A DNA stretch of 50,297 nucleotides from an uncultured Gammaproteobacteria bacterium (GTDB lineage: Bacteria; Patescibacteriota; Microgenomatia; UBA12405): assembly GCA_964609295.1 (NCBI GenBank), contig CAZSQT010000028.1:1-50297 (forward strand), given 5' to 3'. A program made the translations under genes and the position numbers. Positions 44,258-50,297 of the stretch are shown piece after piece; position 1 is the first letter of the stretch, and the number at the start of each line of letters is the position of its first letter. The notes under the pieces were generated by a model. The model did no database searches, had not been told where the DNA came from, and saw only the letters and a list, made by a program, of their open reading frames with translations.

Positions 44258-46003
44258 ATGATTGGTGCTGCCCCAAAAGTCTATAAGAATTTGACGGATG
44301 TTTTGTTGGATAAAAATTTAATCAAAAAAGAAAAAGCAGAAGAGATAAAGTTAAGACAGCTAAAGACAGGAGAAAGCGAAGAGGAAATTATCAAAAATTT
44401 GCGCTTGGTTTCTAGCGATGAATTGGTTGAAGCGAAGGCGATTTTTTTGAGAGTTCCTTTTATTGATTTAAATACGATTGGTTTTTCTCCTGAGGCTTTG
44501 TCTTTGGTGCCAGAAGTGGTGGCAAAAAAATATTTGGTAGCACCTTACAATCTCGATACCAAAAACAAGATTTTGTATGTGTCGATGGTGAATCCCTTGG
44601 ATTTGGAAACGGTTGAATTTATAGAGAAAAAATCTGGAATGAGAGTTAAGACAGGAATGTCGACTCAGAAACAGATTTCAGTTTTTATTGAAGAAAAGTA
44701 TGAGAGAGAAAAAGGGATTGCGACTGAGGTAGGTAAGGCTTTGGATGAGAGAAAAAAATATGAAAAGGAAGAAGTTTTGATTAGTGAGGCTAATAAAGTT
44801 TCAGCAGAAGCGCCAGTGGCTAAGATTGTTAATACGGTTTTGGAATACGCGATTAAGGCACGAGCCTCGGATGTCCATATTGAGCCGCAAGAAGAAAATG
44901 TCAGAGTTAGATATAGGATTGATGGTATTTTACAAGAAAAATATATTTTGCCTCGCAATGTTAATGATGCAGTGGTTTCCAGAATTAAGATTTTGTCTGG
45001 TTTGAAAATTGACGAGAAGAGGGTGCCTCAAGACGGTAGATTTTTCTTTTCCAATGATGGAGTTGATGTTGATTTGCGTGTATCTAGTTTGCCTACAACT
45101 TATGGGGAAAAAGTAGTAATGAGACTTTTACAAAAATCTCAAAAGGTACCAACTTTACCAGATTTGGGTTTAAGAGGATTAGCTTTAAAAAATTTAATGT
45201 CATCAATTGAAAGACCTCATGGAATTATTATTGTTTGTGGTCCGACTGGATCAGGTAAAACAACGACTCTTTATTCTATTTTGGATATTGTAGCGACGAC
45301 GAAAGTCAATGTGGTGACTATCGAGGACCCAGTTGAATATCAGATGAAGGGGGTCAATCAGGTGCAAGTAAATAGTCAGGCTGGTTTAACTTTTGCTAGT
45401 GCCTTGCGTTCTTTTTTGCGTCAGGATCCTAATGTCATAATGGTAGGAGAAATCCGGGATACAGAAACAGCTGAATTGGCAGTAAACGCAGCTTTGACAG
45501 GACATTTGGTCTTCTCTACCCTACATACCAACGATGCCTCTGGAGTACCACCAAGAATGATGGATATGGGAGTAGAACCTTTTTTGCTAACTTCGGCAAT
45601 GAATTGTGTAGTGGGACAGCGGGTTTTGCGAAGAGTGTGTAAGGAATGTAGTCAAGAGATGGATATGACACCATCTCAAATTGAGGATTTTAAAAGAACT
45701 TTGGGTCCTATCTATGACATGATTGAAGACAAGTGGAAAAAAGAAAATCGACCAATGAAGATTCCCAAATTAGTTGGTTGTGAAAAATGCAATAATACTG
45801 GTTACCATGGACGAATTGCTATTTATGAAGTTATGCCGGTTAATGAAAAAATAAGTAAGGCAATTTTGAGTAAAGCGACAGCCGGTGATATCCAAAAGAT
45901 GGCAATGGATGATGGTATGTTAACAATGAAGCAAGATGGTTATGTTAAAGTTTTAGAAGGGATAACAACCATTGAGGAAGTTATTAGAGTAGCTCAATAC
46001 TAA
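44258..46003 (+). CDS. pilB: type IV pilus assembly ATPase PilB (GspE family)
   Basis: N-terminal T2SSE_N-like domain, Walker A GPTGSGKTTT, Asp box, Walker B IMVGEIRD, His box GHLVFSTLHTND, and tetracysteine CKEC...CEKC. Confidence 0.9.
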   Translation: MIGAAPKVYKNLTDVLLDKNLIKKEKAEEIKLRQLKTGESEEEIIKNLRLVSSDELVEAKAIFLRVPFIDLNTIGFSPEALSLVPEVVAKKYLVAPYNLDTKNKILYVSMVNPLDLETVEFIEKKSGMRVKTGMSTQKQISVFIEEKYEREKGIATEVGKALDERKKYEKEEVLISEANKVSAEAPVAKIVNTVLEYAIKARASDVHIEPQEENVRVRYRIDGILQEKYILPRNVNDAVVSRIKILSGLKIDEKRVPQDGRFFFSNDGVDVDLRVSSLPTTYGEKVVMRLLQKSQKVPTLPDLGLRGLALKNLMSSIERPHGIIIVCGPTGSGKTTTLYSILDIVATTKVNVVTIEDPVEYQMKGVNQVQVNSQAGLTFASALRSFLRQDPNVIMVGEIRDTETAELAVNAALTGHLVFSTLHTNDASGVPPRMMDMGVEPFLLTSAMNCVVGQRVLRRVCKECSQEMDMTPSQIEDFKRTLGPIYDMIEDKWKKENRPMKIPKLVGCEKCNNTGYHGRIAIYEVMPVNEKISKAILSKATAGDIQKMAMDDGMLTMKQDGYVKVLEGITTIEEVIRVAQY

Positions 46004-46005
46004 AT

Positions 46006-47073
46006 ATGAATACAAAAATAGAAGCATTATTAAAAATGGCAGTAGCCAATAAGGCAAGTGATATTCATTTGTCTTCGGAGATAGCTCCAAAAATGAGGAT
46101 TAGGGGACAATTGGTCAATGTGACTAATTTTGAAATTGGTTCTAAAACAGAAATGGCAGAATTAATTATGTCAATTTTGGATGAAGAGCAAAAAAAGAAA
46201 TTTTTGGAACAGAAAGAATGGGATTTTTCAATCGAAGTTGAGGGTTCTCGTTTTAGGGTCAATATTTTTTTGCAAAAAGGGATGGTGTCAGCCGCTTTGA
46301 GAATTATTCCGCCAGATATTCCTACTTTTGAAGATTTGAGTTTACCAGAGATTTTTAATTCTTTTTTGGAATATAAACAAGGTTTTATTTTGGTGACAGG
46401 GCCAACAGGTATGGGTAAATCAACAACAGTAGCTTCAATGCTTAACAAAATAAATCAACAAAAGGCTAGTCATATTGTGACGGTTGAAGATCCAGTAGAA
46501 TACTTGATTAAGCCTAAGCTGTCGATTGTATCTCAGAGAGAAGTCGGCCATGATACTTTAGATTTTCCATCGGCTTTGAGATCATCATTGAGGCAAGATC
46601 CAAATACCGTTTTTGTTGGTGAGATGAGGGATCTTGAGACAATTCAATCAGCTTTGACAATCGCCGAGACGGGACACTTGGTCTTCTCTACCCTACATAC
46701 CAATTCAGCGGCTCAAACTATTGATAGAATTATTGATGTTTTTGAGGTGAAGGAGCAAATTAGAACCCAATTAGCTTCAGTGATTACGGCGGTAATTTCT
46801 CAAAGATTAGTACCAACAATTGATGGTAAATTGACTCCAGCTTTTGAAATTTTGGTAGCGACACCGGCTGTCAAAAATTGTATTAGGGAAGGTAAGGTTT
46901 TTATGATTGACAATATTATCCAGACAAGTAGCGATGTGGGGATGATTAGTCTCGAGTCTTATTTGGCCAAACTAGTGAAGAGTGGCAAAATTAGTGAAGA
47001 AGTAGCGACTAGTTATGCATTAAAACCAGCAGACTTACAAAATAGTTTGCGATCAAACAAATTAAATGCCTAA
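46006..47073 (+). CDS. pilT: type IV pilus retraction ATPase PilT
   Basis: ASDIHL, GPTGMGKSTT, VFVGEMRD, GHLVFSTLHTNS, and about 355 aa with no N1 domain. Confidence 0.88.
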   Translation: MNTKIEALLKMAVANKASDIHLSSEIAPKMRIRGQLVNVTNFEIGSKTEMAELIMSILDEEQKKKFLEQKEWDFSIEVEGSRFRVNIFLQKGMVSAALRIIPPDIPTFEDLSLPEIFNSFLEYKQGFILVTGPTGMGKSTTVASMLNKINQQKASHIVTVEDPVEYLIKPKLSIVSQREVGHDTLDFPSALRSSLRQDPNTVFVGEMRDLETIQSALTIAETGHLVFSTLHTNSAAQTIDRIIDVFEVKEQIRTQLASVITAVISQRLVPTIDGKLTPAFEILVATPAVKNCIREGKVFMIDNIIQTSSDVGMISLESYLAKLVKSGKISEEVATSYALKPADLQNSLRSNKLNA

Positions 47074-48277
47074 TTTTATTTTTAAAGCTAGAGATTGGAA
47101 TGGAAAGTTAATTCAGGGTAAATTAGATTCGGCAGACAAAAAACAAGTTTTGGCGTCTATCAAAGAAACTGGATTGATACCAATTAGTGTGGAAAAGAAA
47201 ATGAGTGGGATATTGGAAGAAATTAATAAAAAGATTTTGGGTAGAGTTGGTTTGAAACAAATTTCTAATTTTACTCGCCAATTGTCGACAATGATGACAG
47301 CTGGATTGGCCTTGACTGATTCCTTATCACTTTTAAAAAATCAGTCTAAAGAGAGTACTTTTATGTTTGAAATTTTGGACTATGCTTTGACAAAAGTTCA
47401 AGGAGGAGAACCATTGGGTGAGGCCTTGGAGAAATATAAAAATGTTTTTGGCGAAGCTTATATCGCTTCGATTAAGGCGGGTGAAGAAGGGGGGGTTTTG
47501 GAAGAGATTTTGCAAAAATTGGCTAACAATCTAGAGGAAGAAGAGGAATTTAAGGGCAAAATTAAAGGAGCGATGATTTATCCTATTATCGTTATTATCG
47601 GAATGGTGATTGTGACTTTTATTATGATGATTTTTGTGATTCCTAAAATGATGGGTTTGTATGGAGAATTTGGTTCGGAAATGCCTGCGATGACAAGAGT
47701 GTTGATTTCGATTTCTACAGTGGTTTCAAAATTGTGGTTTTTGTTTCCTTTATTGATCGTTGGGGCGATTGCAATGTTTAAGGCAGGAAACAAAAATAAA
47801 CAGTTTAGATTGAAAAGAGATAAATTGTTTTTAAAGATTCCTATTGTTGGAGAATTAAACAAAAAAACAATTATTTCCAATACTATTAGAACTTTATCAA
47901 TGTTGTTGGCAGCTGGTATTTCGCTAGTTGATGCTTTGAGAATTACAGCTTCGGTGGCTGGCAATGAACATTATTACAATGCTTATCAAAAAATTGCAGA
48001 AAGGGTCCAAAAAGGTTTTAATATAGCCTCTTCTTTTGAAGAAACAGCTATTTTTCCAATTGTAGTTACCCAAATGGTAGCAACTGGTGAGGCGACGGGA
48101 AAATTGGATGAAGTATTGATGAGAGTCTCAAATTTTTTCAAAATTGAGGCGGAACAATCGGTCAAATCGTTAACGGCAGCGATTGAGCCTTTGATTATGA
48201 TAGTGTTAGGGGTAGGGGTAGGATTTTTGGTGATTGCCGTAATTATGCCAATCTATAACTTGACAAGTCAATTTTAA
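47066..48277 (+). CDS. pilC: type IV pilus platform protein PilC (GspF family)
   Basis: Two T2SSF repeats (FTRQLSTMMTAGLAL.., TIRTLSMLLAAGISL..) and three TM segments. Confidence 0.9.
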   Translation: MPNFIFKARDWNGKLIQGKLDSADKKQVLASIKETGLIPISVEKKMSGILEEINKKILGRVGLKQISNFTRQLSTMMTAGLALTDSLSLLKNQSKESTFMFEILDYALTKVQGGEPLGEALEKYKNVFGEAYIASIKAGEEGGVLEEILQKLANNLEEEEEFKGKIKGAMIYPIIVIIGMVIVTFIMMIFVIPKMMGLYGEFGSEMPAMTRVLISISTVVSKLWFLFPLLIVGAIAMFKAGNKNKQFRLKRDKLFLKIPIVGELNKKTIISNTIRTLSMLLAAGISLVDALRITASVAGNEHYYNAYQKIAERVQKGFNIASSFEETAIFPIVVTQMVATGEATGKLDEVLMRVSNFFKIEAEQSVKSLTAAIEPLIMIVLGVGVGFLVIAVIMPIYNLTSQF

Positions 48278-48297
48278 TAGTTTTTAATTAAAGTATT

Positions 48298-48999
48298 ATG
48301 AAACAAATATTAAAAAAAGGTTTTACTTTAGTAGAGTTGTTAATTGTTATCGCTTTGATTGCGATTTTGTCAGTAGCAGTGCTTTCAACTATTAATCCTA
48401 TTGAACAGACGAATAAGGCTAGGGACTCTAAATTTAAAAATGATGCAGCTGAGGTTTTGAATGCATCTGAGAGGTATTATGCTTCAGTGCAAAGATATCA
48501 ATGGACTGATGCTTATCCAGAGACAGAAACAGCTTATGTGGCTGATGGAACTGAAGGTATATCTTTTGTTTCTGTTGATCCGAGATTTGGTATTTTAGGA
48601 AATGATATAGCAGATAATACTTATGAAGATGATGGTCCTTTAATTAAAACATCTGAACTTAAAGGTGTTTTTGCTGGGAAAGAACAGTTTGCCAGTACTG
48701 TTGAGATTGATTCAACTGATGCGATGTATGTTTTCCACACTAGTGATTCTAATTATGTTTGTTTTTGTCCTAAAGCTAAAGCTAGTAGAACTGGAGCAAG
48801 TGCCTCTGAATTAAAGTGTTTGAATGGTGTTTCTGAAGTTGAAGGAGCTTATGCTACTGCTACTTTGGTTGATGTTGATGGAGTAAATTGTACCGCTCCA
48901 ACCGAATCTGAAGCTAGCGAAACTGGTTTCTGTGCTGTTAATAAAGGTACTGGTGATTATGCTAATTTAATGTGTGTTCCTGAAGGTAGTATCCAATAA
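48298..48999 (+). CDS. type IV pilin (probable major pilin), large Cys-rich globular domain
   Basis: Prepilin leader MKQILKKG/FTLVELLIVIALIAIL with Glu5. 233 aa with 7 Cys in the C-terminal half. A strong terminator follows. Confidence 0.85.
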   Translation: MKQILKKGFTLVELLIVIALIAILSVAVLSTINPIEQTNKARDSKFKNDAAEVLNASERYYASVQRYQWTDAYPETETAYVADGTEGISFVSVDPRFGILGNDIADNTYEDDGPLIKTSELKGVFAGKEQFASTVEIDSTDAMYVFHTSDSNYVCFCPKAKASRTGASASELKCLNGVSEVEGAYATATLVDVDGVNCTAPTESEASETGFCAVNKGTGDYANLMCVPEGSIQ

Positions 49000-49021
49000 G
49001 TTTTAATTTAGTCTGAAATTT

Positions 49022-49047
49022 AAAACCCGCCTTAGGGCGGGTTTTTT
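49022..49047 (+). terminator. intrinsic terminator after the pilin gene
   Basis: aaaacccgcc-ttag-ggcgggtttttt. Confidence 0.75.
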
Positions 49048-49060
49048 GGTATAAATAGAT

Positions 49061-49861
49061 ATGGAACTTTTGGTCTTTATAATTGGTTTGTGTTTTGGTT
49101 CATTTATTAATATGTTGATTTTTCGCACTTCGTGCGAAAAAAAAATCACAAGAAACAATAACCAAGAAACAAACAGAAAAAGATCTTTTTGTGACTATTG
49201 TGGAAAGAGGTTGAATTGGTGGAATAATGTGCCGGTGTTGTCGTTTTTGTTGCAAAAAGGCAAAAGTCAGTGTTGTGGTAAAAAATTAGATATCTCCTAC
49301 CCTATTGTCGAAATAATAATGGGAATATTATTTCTTCTAAATTTTAAATTACCATTTACTAATTACTATTTACTAGTTACTAGTTACTGTATTATTATTT
49401 TAGTTGTTTATAGTGCAGTCTATGATGCCAAGACGATGTATCTCCCCGATTGGTCAACATGGGCGTTGATTTTTTTGGCAATTATTTATCAAATAATAGG
49501 GCGGCCCGTAGGGCCGCCCATGCTGTATTTGTTAAATATTGTTTATAGTGCGATGGGGGCAAGTTTGTTTTTGTATTTGTTGAGCTTGGTCAAAATTAGA
49601 GGTCAGTCAGGTATGGGGATGGGTGATGTATTATTAGCGATATTTATGGGATTATTGTTGGGTTACCCTAATATAATAGTGGCATTTTATGTGGCTTTTA
49701 TAATTGGAGCAGTTTTTGGAATTGTTTATCTTTGGGTATTTAAAGGAAAAAATAAGAGCACAATGATTCCCTTTGGTCCGTTTTTGCTGTTGGGGACTCT
49801 GGTGGCTTGGTGGTGGGGAGAAGGTTTGTGGTATTATTTTAGTAATTTAGTGATTAGATAA
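49061..49861 (+). CDS. pilD: prepilin peptidase (A24 family) PilD
   Basis: Cys pairs CDYCGKRL...CCGKKL, and two Asp regions (YDAKTMYLPD and GMGMGDVLLAIFMG..) in a polytopic protein. Confidence 0.85.
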   Translation: MELLVFIIGLCFGSFINMLIFRTSCEKKITRNNNQETNRKRSFCDYCGKRLNWWNNVPVLSFLLQKGKSQCCGKKLDISYPIVEIIMGILFLLNFKLPFTNYYLLVTSYCIIILVVYSAVYDAKTMYLPDWSTWALIFLAIIYQIIGRPVGPPMLYLLNIVYSAMGASLFLYLLSLVKIRGQSGMGMGDVLLAIFMGLLLGYPNIIVAFYVAFIIGAVFGIVYLWVFKGKNKSTMIPFGPFLLLGTLVAWWWGEGLWYYFSNLVIR

Positions 49862-49863
49862 AT

Positions 49864-50297
49864 ATGAAAAAAGGAGTAACTTTTGTAGAAGTTTTGTTGG
49901 TGATGGTGATACTATCTGTTTTGATTGTGGGGGCGGTGATGACTATCAATCCTATTTTGCAAGTAAATAAGGCAAAAGATGCGAGAAGAAAAAAAGATTT
50001 GGCCAGGATTAAAATAGCTTTTGAAGAATATTATAATGACAAATTGTGTTATCCGTCTCAGGAGGAGATTGATCTTTTGAATTGTGGGGATAATTTTTAC
50101 AGCTACCTCAAAGATTGGCCTTGTGATCCAAATGGGAGTAAATATGCGATATTTATCGATAGTGAAGATGAGTGTCCTAGCTATTATCGTGTTTATGGTA
50201 AATTGCAATGGGAAGATGATACTCAAGCCGTTAATTGTGATTATGGTGAATCAAGTAGTAATGTAGATTGGAGGGAATTTCCTGATGAATATGAGAC
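49864..50297 (+). CDS. type IV pilin-like protein (minor pilin), 3' end outside the window
   Basis: ATG at 49864: MKKG/VTFVEVLLVMVILSVL, with prepilin leader and Glu5. The frame stays open to the window end. It is not in the ORF track, which instead shows a spurious antisense ORF at 49912-50226. Confidence 0.75.
   Translation, partial: MKKGVTFVEVLLVMVILSVLIVGAVMTINPILQVNKAKDARRKKDLARIKIAFEEYYNDKLCYPSQEEIDLLNCGDNFYSYLKDWPCDPNGSKYAIFIDSEDECPSYYRVYGKLQWEDDTQAVNCDYGESSSNVDWREFPDEYE

Noticed and set aside
1-50297. Alternative genetic code (UGA recoding, as in some CPR lineages), considered because RF1 is unusual and no RF2 is present in the window.
   Set aside because: Several genes end at TGA, including dnaB (20351-20353), the YbeY-like gene (4787-4789) and the dockerin-like protein (3720-3722). 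dnaB in particular ends there at a normal length, and there is no conserved continuation downstream, so TGA acts as a stop.

Overview
This is a visibly AT-rich, tightly packed bacterial window with short genes, many 4-nt start/stop overlaps and several trimmed versions of conserved proteins. The style suggests a reduced Patescibacteria/CPR-type genome (possibly Microgenomates-like), but that placement is inference only. All family calls were made by eye from motifs; no HMM or BLAST search was run.

Housekeeping content:
- rpsU, a YqeY-domain gene and a ybeY-like gene
- dnaX-ybaB-recR
- cysS
- rpsF-ssb-rpsR
- S41 and HtrA proteases
- rpmE coupled to an N-terminally truncated RF1
- hisS, tRNA-His(GUG) and dnaB
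- an lgt-like / dksA-like / lspA-like / rluD block, then yebC and pta
- gyrB-gyrA and a TrmH-family methyltransferase
- pth, tRNA-Ala(CGC), ligA and a holB-like gene

Accessory content:
- A four-gene cohesin/dockerin-like surface module with an LPQTG sortase signal (5-3722). This is my best candidate for an undescribed system.
- vapBC.
- A lone Xer-type tyrosine recombinase sitting between two unusually long, repeat-rich non-coding regions (25450-27288). A perfect 11-10-11 inverted repeat lies on one side, and three 10-mers are shared between the two flanks. This may be a dif/terminus module or a minimal mobile unit.
- A HEPN-like gene with two unknown small genes.
- A MacAB-like efflux operon.
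- A Fic protein.
- A complete type IV pilus operon: pilB-pilT-pilC-pilin-pilD plus a second pilin that runs off the window end.

No rRNA genes, CRISPR arrays, transposases or inteins were seen. TGA behaves as a stop codon.
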